From NCBI GenBank assembly GCA_963777505.1, contig CAVZQN010000011.1:128001-192000 (forward strand): a stretch of 64,000 nucleotides of DNA, in the 5' to 3' direction. The first letter of the stretch is position 1. Every line of letters begins with the position of its first letter. Source of the DNA: an uncultured bacterium. Its GTDB lineage: Bacteria; Acidobacteriota; HRBIN11; JAKEFK01. The position numbers and the translations under genes are program-made. Positions 27,099 through 36,026 of this stretch are shown piece by piece. The notes under the pieces are model-generated. The model did not search any database and was not told the DNA's origin. It saw only the letters and a program-made list of their open reading frames with translations.

Positions 27099-30000
27099 TG
27101 TTCTTCCACAGAAGCCATTCTTCGCCGTAGTAATGTTGCTGCATGGGTTCTACGGCAGAGTTGTGTATATGAACAGTACTTGCAATCAGAAAAAGGTCCG
27201 CTTGGATCTTTTAAAATTCGAAATTGTCCTTTGAGTAATTCAATTCCGCAATTTTGCGTTTTCAGGAATTGATTTTCCTTTGTATATGTCTCTGCCGGTG
27301 TGGATTTTCCCCCAAAAACGCGAAGCGCTTTCTCCATACTTTCGGAAGGAAGATTCAGCCTGATTAGTTCACGCTCCGTATTTCGTGGATCACCAAATTG
27401 CTCGAACATATTTAAGCGGAAATAACGGAATGGAAGGAATTCTCCTGAAGTGACTTCATGCATTGCAGGATACAAACAAAATTGGAGTTCGCCATTGCTA
27501 TGCATCATATTTTCAGTGTTTGCTGTCCGGCTGCTTCCCCATTTCAGATCTGAAATCAATCCATTCTGCTTGCCTGTTTTGTAAGTAATCAGATCGAGAA
27601 TGCCTGAAATGATCACTGGAAAGCCATATGAGTTTGTTTTAGCTCCAACGAGTTCAACAGTCTCTTTATTATCAAGCCCTGGAGTCAGCGCAAGTTTCAG
27701 ATCAAATCCTTCCGCCTGTAAATATTTCAAAAGATTCTCAGCACCTCTTTGAAATTTCTTGACATATAAATTCAGAATTAATGGTGGAAATATGTCACTG
27801 TACTTTTGCCGTAAATCCTCAGCAGCTTTACGCACAGCTTCTTCGATAGAAATTGTGGATTTCTTCAGTTCCTTGATCGATTCTTTTACAACCGTTTCAG
27901 CCAAAATTCCTTTTGTTAACGGATCCAGATCCTGTTCTTCGTTATCTATTTCCTTGGGACTTTCTTCAAGTCCGAGAACAGCGGTTCCAAAGAATTGAAA
28001 CGGACAAATCATAAAGGTCTTTAATTTTGAGTAGCTTAAACGGAGATGGTCGGCATTCCGTTGCTGCAATAAAGAACGCCAGACATCTTCCTGTTTTTCG
28101 AGGCATCCATCTACATTTAAAGCTTCATTCAAATCGTATGAATTCATTCTGCGAGCAAACTGAAGTGTTTGTTTTGCAAATTCTGCAGGCAGCTGATGCG
28201 TATGAAGTAAGACTTCTTCAGGCGCAAACCATTCAGCAAGTGCGGAACATTCTGCGAATGTCGGTAATACTTCGGGACGGGCTATCTTTTTCTCAAAGAG
28301 TTTTGCTTCGAGCTGTTTTGGTATAACACGGACCGCTGGATTGTTTTCCGATGTTTTACCTGTAAGTAGACGCAGCGATTCGTCCAGATACGCTGAGCAT
28401 GTTTGTTTTCGGCCTTGAGCATCCGCGCGTTGGTATGACAGAAATAAATGCTGCTTCGCGGATCGTAATGCGATTGAATAAAGAAGCAGCTCTTCTTCGC
28501 CGCCTTCTTTTAGAGGAAATAAGCGTGAATTAGGGGATCGTTGGATTCTAACCGGTGAAGGCCCTACACCGGTTATATCACGAAGAACTTCGCGGGCCTT
28601 ATCCGGAAGAAATGGATCTTCAAACTGCCGTCGCGGAAAAATTTCACGATTCAAGTGCAGCAAGAATACATAATCCGCATTCAGGCCGCGGACCTGCATG
28701 ATGTCACCAATTTGTACGCCTTGAGTTTGATGCTGATTTGTATCAATCGTAGTTTGTTTTAAATAAAGTTCGAGTACATGTGAAAATTCTGAAATTGTAA
28801 TTTCAAGCGAATCAAGAAGAGAATATTCTGACAACTTGTTAAGCAAATCTAAAACGGGCTGGAATGCAGGGTTCACTGATGCGACGTTTTCCTTCTGCAT
28901 TCGCACAGCTTCTGTTTCTTCAAATAGAAGCGCGAGTTGACCTGCTTTCTTTTTCTTTTTAATGGGATGTTGGACTGCAGGAATTTGGGGTGGTTCATTC
29001 CGGTTTTGAACAGAAAGTGAATTCAACGCCGTTATTAATGACTTCGCAAAAGCAGGCAAAGACGCCTTCTCAGGAATTTGACTGAGAAGCTGCCTCAAGC
29101 TCATCAGTGATCGTGCAGTGTTATGCCATGCGAGGCGTTTATCTTCATTCTCCTGAACTTCTTCTTCAAGCAAAGACGGCAGAGGTTGATCATTTAAAAG
29201 TGGTTTTAAGCGGTCCCAATCATCCCAGTTCCTTATGTACAGCCGTTCCATCAAATCTTTTACGTTGCGGATATCTTTGTAACCGGTCCGCATAACGAAA
29301 GGTGAAGAAAGAAATTCAAAAAGTGTTGCTGCATTGAGTCGTGATTGACGCGCTCGAAGAACCAGTGAAGAAAATCTTGCATAAGGATCATGCGCAAGTG
29401 TTGTTCCACGAACGAGGTTTGAAGGAATCTGATTTTCTTCAAAAACGCGGATAAGTGGAAGCGGATCTTCGAGAGCTCGAGTCATTACAAGAATCTGATC
29501 GAATGAAGCTCCATGATTCCTGACAAGATCAAGAATCTTTTTGGCTACGGCCCATGCTTCATCATACGGCCCGGCAGCGCTGAAAAAATCAACGCGTGCG
29601 AGTTCTTTATGCTTCAGAGTTCCATCCTGAAACAAAGCAGAATCAAGATCAACGCTTGCCAGCGGCACGCGCTTTTCGTGGCAAAGAATTTCGCCCCCGA
29701 AGCGTGACGTAAGTGAGTAGAGCCGGTCAAAGAAAGGCTGAGCGTACTGAGCCGGATGTTCGACAGTGGTGTCTTGTACCTGAAAAGGAAAAAAGATCCG
29801 AGCGCGGTTGTTGTTTTCAACTGTACCTCGAATGATTTCTTCTAAAACATCGGACTGTGTTTGCGTTGCGTCATAAAATCCATAAACAAAAACAGAGGAA
29901 ATCCTTTTTGATTTCGCCCATGCTGCTGCGGCTGAATGTGCATTGGCGGCAGATGTCTGAAGGTTTAGAATTCGATGTTCTTGTAGAAACGTTTCAAAGC

Positions 30001-30502
30001 GCGAATAGATTCGCTGAAGAGCTCCGAGTTCTTGAAAATCAAGATGGATTGCAATTGATGGATCCTGCCTCGCTTCTTCGAGGGCTTCTCGTAAAAGTTC
30101 AGCATTCAATCCGCCATCGATCAAATCGCGGATTGACTGGTAGAGCGCCTGACAAATACGAAAGGAACGGAATGGCTCTAGCTTGTGATTTACCGCAATG
30201 CTGTAGAGAGCAAAAGGGAAAAAGATAGAATCAGATACGAGAGCCTTTTGTGACTGCATCGTATCGAGCACAATTTTGATTGCAAGATGATTGATTGACA
30301 TCAAATTCAAACCGTAAAAACCGGTTGAATTTTCCGTAGCATACGCTCGTAAAAGCGCTGCTCGCATCGCACGAGTCGGAACGATCACCAGAACCTGATC
30401 ACGAACTGGATCGCTCCTCTTTTCGAGCGCCTCTCGAATCTGCTTAATCACCCGATCTTGCAATGTGGGATAAAGCTCACCACACTCCAGTGAAACACCC
30501 AT
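27095..30502 (-). CDS. addB: AddB-like subunit with Fe-S-staple nuclease domain
   Basis: LSYSKL..ICPFQFF and C-terminal CKYCSYTQLC cysteines; GILD..SDLK..LQFCLY nuclease; 4-bp overlap with addA. Confidence 0.88.
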   Translation of the reverse strand: MGVSLECGELYPTLQDRVIKQIREALEKRSDPVRDQVLVIVPTRAMRAALLRAYATENSTGFYGLNLMSINHLAIKIVLDTMQSQKALVSDSIFFPFALYSIAVNHKLEPFRSFRICQALYQSIRDLIDGGLNAELLREALEEARQDPSIAIHLDFQELGALQRIYSRFETFLQEHRILNLQTSAANAHSAAAAWAKSKRISSVFVYGFYDATQTQSDVLEEIIRGTVENNNRARIFFPFQVQDTTVEHPAQYAQPFFDRLYSLTSRFGGEILCHEKRVPLASVDLDSALFQDGTLKHKELARVDFFSAAGPYDEAWAVAKKILDLVRNHGASFDQILVMTRALEDPLPLIRVFEENQIPSNLVRGTTLAHDPYARFSSLVLRARQSRLNAATLFEFLSSPFVMRTGYKDIRNVKDLMERLYIRNWDDWDRLKPLLNDQPLPSLLEEEVQENEDKRLAWHNTARSLMSLRQLLSQIPEKASLPAFAKSLITALNSLSVQNRNEPPQIPAVQHPIKKKKKAGQLALLFEETEAVRMQKENVASVNPAFQPVLDLLNKLSEYSLLDSLEITISEFSHVLELYLKQTTIDTNQHQTQGVQIGDIMQVRGLNADYVFLLHLNREIFPRRQFEDPFLPDKAREVLRDITGVGPSPVRIQRSPNSRLFPLKEGGEEELLLYSIALRSAKQHLFLSYQRADAQGRKQTCSAYLDESLRLLTGKTSENNPAVRVIPKQLEAKLFEKKIARPEVLPTFAECSALAEWFAPEEVLLHTHQLPAEFAKQTLQFARRMNSYDLNEALNVDGCLEKQEDVWRSLLQQRNADHLRLSYSKLKTFMICPFQFFGTAVLGLEESPKEIDNEEQDLDPLTKGILAETVVKESIKELKKSTISIEEAVRKAAEDLRQKYSDIFPPLILNLYVKKFQRGAENLLKYLQAEGFDLKLALTPGLDNKETVELVGAKTNSYGFPVIISGILDLITYKTGKQNGLISDLKWGSSRTANTENMMHSNGELQFCLYPAMHEVTSGEFLPFRYFRLNMFEQFGDPRNTERELIRLNLPSESMEKALRVFGGKSTPAETYTKENQFLKTQNCGIELLKGQFRILKDPSGPFSDCKYCSYTQLCRRTHAATLLRRRMASVEEQ

Positions 30503-30552
30503 ATCTTATGTTTATTATACGTGATAGGGGCGGTGGATTAGTGAAAAAACAA

Positions 30553-30709
30553 TTGTGGCTGTACGCAAAGGAAAGGGAGCAGGGGTGCAGGGGAGAAAGG
30601 GAGAATTGAAAGGAAGAGTATTTGTAGCTGCGCAATACGCATCGCATAGCTACAATGACTTCTGTTCTGCACTCACCCCTGCTCCCCAGCTCCCTTTCTC
30701 CCTTTCCTT
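30553..30709. repeat. MITE-like palindromic element, degenerate copy of 35308..35474
   Basis: TTGTGGCTGTACGCAAAGGAAAGGGAGCAGGGG left end; CCCCTGCTCCCC..CTCCCTTTCCTT right end; internal TTGTAGCT..AGCTACAA hairpin. Confidence 0.7.
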
Positions 30710-30757
30710 ATCCAAAACCATCGAGCTAAAATCAAGTTAAGCATGAAGGAGTGAACA

Positions 30758-31324
30758 ATGAACGAACGCCCGTTATTTATTCCTGTGATTCTAGGAACGC
30801 CTCGGCAGGGAAGGCAGAGTGAACATGTCGCGCGGTTCATTCATTCGGAGGTTCAAAAGCGTAAAGGAGTTGAATCGGAACTCATCGACATACGTGAAAT
30901 GAACTTAACTACGCGTGATGCAGGAGAAGCGATTAAAGATCCAAAGTTTTCTGAATCAATGACGCGAGCTGATGGAATCGTTATTGTGACGCCCGAATAC
31001 AATCATGGTTATCCGGGCATGTTAAAACATGTACTTGATAGTTGTTTGAAGGAATATGTCCACAAAGCGGTAGCTATTTGTGGAGTTTCGGCTGGAGGCT
31101 TCGGTGGAACGCGTGTCGTTGAAAATATGCTTCCAGTGATGCGTGAACTGGGCCTTGTCACGATTTTTTGGGATGGAAATTTTTCATCAGTTCAAAATGT
31201 TTTTGATGACAAGGGGAATCTCAAAGATGAATCATATATAAAAAGAGCCGGTAAATTCCTGAAAGAGTTAATCTGGATGTCCACAGTACTTAGATATGGC
31301 CGCGAAAATATAACGATAGAATAG
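30758..31324 (+). CDS. NADPH-dependent FMN reductase
   Basis: LGTPRQGRQS, VTPEYNHGYPGMLKHVLD, SAGGFGG; AAGGAG RBS. Confidence 0.93.
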   Translation: MNERPLFIPVILGTPRQGRQSEHVARFIHSEVQKRKGVESELIDIREMNLTTRDAGEAIKDPKFSESMTRADGIVIVTPEYNHGYPGMLKHVLDSCLKEYVHKAVAICGVSAGGFGGTRVVENMLPVMRELGLVTIFWDGNFSSVQNVFDDKGNLKDESYIKRAGKFLKELIWMSTVLRYGRENITIE

Positions 31325-31336
31325 GAGCGAAGAAAA

Positions 31337-31489
31337 ATGGCAGCCCCAAATCCTTTAATGTGTAAAAAATGCAACATTCCGATGAATCATCATGCAGAAA
31401 AACAAGATCAAAGCACCGGTGAGGTTTTGGAAATTCATACATGTCCTGGGTGCGGGTCAATCGATAGCCGCGTTCAGAAGCCGGAGTAA
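31337..31489 (+). CDS. 50-aa CPxCG-type zinc-finger microprotein
   Basis: Manual translation MAAPNPLMCKKCNIPMNHHAEKQDQSTGEVLEIHTCPGCGSIDSRVQKPE; AGGAG RBS; fills the gap between two co-oriented genes. Confidence 0.75.
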   Translation: MAAPNPLMCKKCNIPMNHHAEKQDQSTGEVLEIHTCPGCGSIDSRVQKPE

Positions 31490-31497
31490 CACCGTCT

Positions 31498-32242
31498 TTG
31501 TTAAAATTATCGAAATCAGACCAGGCGTATCTTCAGAAGTTTTACAAGATCTTTGCTACAGCCGAGCAAGCAGAAACCTATTTGAAAGATTGTTCAGGCA
31601 GGGTTCAGGTGGTAATGTCATGGCTCAAGGAACTTCAACCACAAATAAAGTCATTGCTTGAACTTGGATCCAATCCATATTTCCAGACTTTGCTGATTCA
31701 AAAGTACTTCTCATTCGATCTCCATCTTGCAAATTATTTTGGAGATTCCTCTCGTAATGGCTTGCAAGTCGATTCTGTTAATGTCGATGGAAAGATTCAT
31801 GAATTCAAATATCAGCATTTTAATATTGAATGCGAACGGTTTCCTTATCCGGATTCAACATTTGATGCTGTTCTTTTTTGCGAGATTATTGAACACTTGC
31901 TGCTGAGTGCAGATGCTCCGATCGCTGAAATTGGCCGCATTTTAAAGCCTGGAGGATACCATGATTATTTCGACTCCAAATGTGGTGAGGCTTGCTAATT
32001 TTGCGTTGTTGGTTCGCGGCCGCAATATTTATGCTCCGTATTCACCGAATGGAGCTTACGGAAGACACAACCGGGAATTTTCGCTTCCCGAACTTGAAAT
32101 GCTTTTGCGAAAACATGGATTCGAAGTTGTAAAAACATTGGTAACAAATATTTATCCTCATTCGTTACAAGCCAAACTTCTTCAGTCACTTCGGCCCCGT
32201 ACGTGGAAAGAACACTTGTTTGTCATGGGCCGAAAAATCTAG
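31498..32242 (+). CDS. class I SAM-dependent methyltransferase, split by a +1 indel at about 31960
   Basis: LLELGS, FPYPDSTFDAVLFCEIIEHL, RILKPGGY, then MIISTPN..HNREFS in the next frame; removing one C joins them. Confidence 0.85.
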
Positions 32243-32390
32243 CACACCGATTTCCACGGATTAAACGGATCTTCGTAGATTTATTAACCACAGATGAACA
32301 CGGATGAACACGGATACTGTTGCCTGCGCGTCCGCTTTCAGCGGACGCGTAGGCAACAGGAGCTTGAGTTCTTGGCGTCTTGGCGGTTGA
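32243..32390. repeat. cluster of short repeat arms and a hairpin
   Basis: AACCACAGATGAACACGGATGAACACGGAT; CTGTTGCCT-GCGCGTCCGC-TTTCA-GCGGACGCGT-AGGCAACAG; CTTGGCGTCTTGGCGGTT. Confidence 0.7.
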
Positions 32391-32432
32391 GCTATATAAC
32401 TTGACCGAAAATGTGGTATACAAAAGAGGTAC

Positions 32433-35300
32433 ATGCCCCAAACTCGAGGGAAGGGAGAGATCGTAAGGCTCAGTCAATTCCTGTCTATCGTCATCGAGCA
32501 TGCAAATATGTGGTTGGTTGCATTCGATGAGACGATGGAAGTCATCATATGGAATGACGCTGCTGCTCGAATGAGCGGCTACAGCGCCGAGGAGATGATT
32601 GGCCAAAACCGCTTCTTTGATATTCTTTTTCCCGACGAAACCTACCGCCGACAGATTGAAGAAAAAGCCGCATCTGTTATCCAGGGAGGCCGCGCTGACG
32701 ATTTTGAAACCGTAATCACCGCAAAAGACGGAAGACAGCGAACTATTTCATGGTACGGGAGAGGTCTTACCGATCCTTCGGGCGAGCAAGTTGGTGCCGT
32801 GGGATTAGGCATCGACATAACGGATCGTAAAGAAGCAGAACAAGAACTCGAAAACTCCTTATCACTTCTTCGTGCAACTCTTGAAGCTGCTGCGGACGGA
32901 ATTTTTGCGGTAGATCCCAGCGGGAAAATTACTGCATTTAATGAGCGTGTCAAAGATATGTGGGGCATTCCTGATCTATTGCTAGCTCAAGGGAATGCCC
33001 GGAAAATTGCGGAATGCATACTTCCTCTTGTAAGGGAGCCACAAAAGTTTCTAAGCCGTGTTTTAGAAATGCATTCAAATCCTGACAAAGAATACCGCGA
33101 CACACTTGAACTGGTTGATGGCAGAACCATTGAACGTTATTCGCGTCCGCAGTGGATCGGTGGGCGAAGTCTTGGACGTGTTGTCACGTTTCACGATATT
33201 AGCGATCTGCGGCGTGCTGATGAAATTTTGCGGCAACAGCAAAAAGAATACAGAATGATTTTTGATTCTGTCCCCGCATTAATCTGGTACAAAGATACTG
33301 AAAATCGTATCCTCCGCTTAAATGAATCTGCAGCTCGTTATCTTGGAATGAGAGTAAAAGATGTGGAAGGGAAATCTGCATATGATTTATATCCCGAGTT
33401 TGCTGCAAAGTATCACGAAGACGATCTGGAAGTAATTCACAGCGGTCAACCAAAACTTGGAATCATTGAACAGCTAGAAACAGCAGGGAAAAAACGGTGG
33501 GTTCATACGGATAAATTTCCATATCTAAATGAGCGTGGAGAAATCGTCGGTGTTCTTGTTTTTGCAATGGATGTTACTGAACGGAAACACGCAGAAGAAG
33601 CTCTGCTAGAAACGGCGGAACGGTATGCGCTCGCTGCGTTAGGTGCGAATGATGGACTCTGGGATTGGGATCTTAAATCAAATGAGATTTATTTTTCACC
33701 CCGTTGGAAATCGATGCTTGGGTATCAGGATGAAATCGGTAATCGGCCCGAAGACTGGTTTGAGCGGATCCATCCTGATGATCGAGGCCGCTTTGACACC
33801 GCATTGGAATCTCATTTACAAGGTCAGACTCCGCATTTTGAAGTTGAACATCGCGTTCAACATCGCGATGGTACCTATTGCTGGATGTTGACGCGCGGAA
33901 TTGCTGTTCCAAATGAAAAAGGTGAACCCCTGCGGATGGCTGGATCACAAACAGATGTTACTCCGCGAAAAATGGCAGAACAACGATTGCAGCATGAGGC
34001 GATTCATGATGTTTTGACCGATCTGCCAAACCGTGCGCTATTTATGGATTTGCTTGCACGATCATTAGCTCGTGCGCAACGTCGCGCTGACTATTTGTTT
34101 GCCGTGCTATTTCTTGATTTGGACCGCTTCAAGATGATCAATGACAGCTTAGGTCATATGATCGGCGATCAGCTTTTGATTGCAATGGCACGCAGGTTAG
34201 AACGTTGTTTGCGTCCTGGTGATGTGGTTGCCCGTCTTGGCGGAGATGAATTCACAATCTTGCTCGATGATATTCACGATGTGAATGACGCCATCCGAAT
34301 TGCTGATCGGATTCAGAATGAATTAAAACAGCCCTTCCAGCTTGGCCACCAGGAGGTATTTACAACAGCAAGTATTGGTATTGCTTTAAGTGCATCGGGC
34401 TACCAAAACCCTGAAGATTTATTACGCGATTCCGATACTGCGATGTATAGGGCTAAAGCTCTAGGCAGAGCCTGTCATCAGATTTTTGATGCGGCAATGC
34501 ATTCGCGGGCTGTAGCTTTGCTTCGTTTGGAAACTGATTTAAGACGCGCGATCGAACGGAATGAATTTTTGCTCTATTACCAACCGACTGTTTGTTTGCG
34601 ATCAGGGCGCATTCATGGTGTTGAAGCTTTGATCCGCTGGCAGCATCCTGAACGCGGTCTCGTAATGCCTGATGATTTCATTCCGCACGCTGAAGAAAAT
34701 GGATTAATCATCCCGATAGGAAAATGGGTGCTTGATGAGGCCACACGCCAATTGCGCATATGGCAGCGGGAGTTTCCTCATTTAACGATCAGTGTGAATT
34801 TATCGGGCAAACAATTTATGCAATCTCAACTCACACTGCAGATTCAGAATTCTTTGTATGAATCAGGACTGAATCCAAACTATCTGATGCTTGAAATCAC
34901 TGAAAGTATGCTGATGGAAAATCCTGAAGCCACTGCTGCAACGATTGAGCAATTAAGAAATATCGACGTAAAGATTCACATCGACGATTTCGGAACGGGA
35001 TATTCATCACTCAGCTATTTACATCGATTCAGGATCGATACACTAAAAATTGATCGTTCTTTTGTAAGCCGAATGTCTGCTGTGAATGAAAACCTGGAAA
35101 TTGTGCGAACCATTGTCACGCTTGCGCACAACCTTGGAATGGATGTTATTGCGGAAGGAGTCGAAACTGCAGAACAACTAGCTCAACTTCGTGCGCTGAA
35201 ATGTGAGCGAGCACAAGGATTTTATTTTTCAGAACCTGTCAGCGCCGAAAAAATCTACCGCCTTTTCGGCGGAATCCCACCATGGGTGGGCAGGCTGTAG
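32433..35300 (+). CDS. multi-PAS diguanylate cyclase/phosphodiesterase (GGDEF-EAL)
   Basis: Four PAS/PAC-like repeats; ARLGGDEF; VEALIRW; IDDFGTGYSSLSYL; AEGVET. Confidence 0.95.
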   Translation: MPQTRGKGEIVRLSQFLSIVIEHANMWLVAFDETMEVIIWNDAAARMSGYSAEEMIGQNRFFDILFPDETYRRQIEEKAASVIQGGRADDFETVITAKDGRQRTISWYGRGLTDPSGEQVGAVGLGIDITDRKEAEQELENSLSLLRATLEAAADGIFAVDPSGKITAFNERVKDMWGIPDLLLAQGNARKIAECILPLVREPQKFLSRVLEMHSNPDKEYRDTLELVDGRTIERYSRPQWIGGRSLGRVVTFHDISDLRRADEILRQQQKEYRMIFDSVPALIWYKDTENRILRLNESAARYLGMRVKDVEGKSAYDLYPEFAAKYHEDDLEVIHSGQPKLGIIEQLETAGKKRWVHTDKFPYLNERGEIVGVLVFAMDVTERKHAEEALLETAERYALAALGANDGLWDWDLKSNEIYFSPRWKSMLGYQDEIGNRPEDWFERIHPDDRGRFDTALESHLQGQTPHFEVEHRVQHRDGTYCWMLTRGIAVPNEKGEPLRMAGSQTDVTPRKMAEQRLQHEAIHDVLTDLPNRALFMDLLARSLARAQRRADYLFAVLFLDLDRFKMINDSLGHMIGDQLLIAMARRLERCLRPGDVVARLGGDEFTILLDDIHDVNDAIRIADRIQNELKQPFQLGHQEVFTTASIGIALSASGYQNPEDLLRDSDTAMYRAKALGRACHQIFDAAMHSRAVALLRLETDLRRAIERNEFLLYYQPTVCLRSGRIHGVEALIRWQHPERGLVMPDDFIPHAEENGLIIPIGKWVLDEATRQLRIWQREFPHLTISVNLSGKQFMQSQLTLQIQNSLYESGLNPNYLMLEITESMLMENPEATAATIEQLRNIDVKIHIDDFGTGYSSLSYLHRFRIDTLKIDRSFVSRMSAVNENLEIVRTIVTLAHNLGMDVIAEGVETAEQLAQLRALKCERAQGFYFSEPVSAEKIYRLFGGIPPWVGRL

Positions 35301-35307
35301 ATTCAAG

Positions 35308-35474
35308 TTATTTTGTAGCTACGCGCAAATGAAAGGGAGCAGGGGAGAGTGCAGGATGAAATTGGTTGTAGCTTCGCGATGGGTAGTGCGTAGCTTCAAA
35401 GATCTTGCGTACGCCGATCTCCCTTTCACCCCTGCTCCCCTGCTCCCTTTCATTTGCGCGTAGCTACAAAATAA
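35308..35474. mobile_element. MITE-like element with 40-bp perfect terminal inverted repeat
   Basis: TTATTTTGTAGCTACGCGCAAATGAAAGGGAGCAGGGGAG and its exact reverse complement at the right end; non-coding; between convergent genes. Confidence 0.7.
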
Positions 35475-35476
35475 TT

Positions 35477-35959
35477 TCAATCTTCGTTCAGGTATTTCAC
35501 GTAAATCAGTTTGTCATCGTTGCTTTTGTAGAAATCTCGGATTCTAGTGTTGAGTTCGTAGCCGCTTTTCTGATAGAAATTCGTAGTGCGGAAATAACTT
35601 TCTTGAGAAGAAGTTTCAAGAACCAGCAGTTTTCCGCCCCTTGCGCGGATATCATCTTCTACAAACTTGATTAATTCACGGCCAAACCCTTTTCCCTGGA
35701 CTTCCGGATGTACAGCCATCCAATAAAAATCATAGGTTGAATCAGTTAATGGAGTTTGACCATAACACCCGAATGCCTGTACCTGACCAAGCTCATCTTC
35801 GAGTACGCAGGAAATATAATCACCACTGGAAAAATCGGAAATTGAATCATCAACAAGCTCAATGGCTACGGTAACTTCTCTTTCGTTGAAGTTTCCGACT
35901 GCTTGAATGATTTCACAAACTCTATTGCGATCTTTAGCTTCAATCGGTCTAATGCGCAT
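35477..35959 (-). CDS. GNAT family N-acetyltransferase
   Basis: YWMAVHPEVQGKGFG acetyl-CoA motif, LETSS, FYQKSGY, IRDFY. Confidence 0.92.
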   Translation of the reverse strand: MRIRPIEAKDRNRVCEIIQAVGNFNEREVTVAIELVDDSISDFSSGDYISCVLEDELGQVQAFGCYGQTPLTDSTYDFYWMAVHPEVQGKGFGRELIKFVEDDIRARGGKLLVLETSSQESYFRTTNFYQKSGYELNTRIRDFYKSNDDKLIYVKYLNED

Positions 35960-35967
35960 AATTAATT

Positions 35968-36015
35968 TCACCACAAAGCCACCCAGACCTCAAAACACTT
36001 TGTGACTTTGCGGTT
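35968..36015. repeat. palindromic repeat (ACCACAAAG-type) in divergent promoter region
   Basis: CACCACAAAGCCAC ... GTGACTTTGCGGTT. Confidence 0.65.
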
Positions 36016-36026
36016 ACAATGTTGTG

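Noticed and set aside
23895-30502. Helicase-nuclease pair as an anti-phage system
   Set aside because: Motif set, Fe-S cysteines and addB-addA order fit housekeeping AddAB.
32283-32316. Tandem ACACGGATGA units as CRISPR
   Set aside because: 10-bp units without spacers and no cas genes; belongs to the repeat-arm family.
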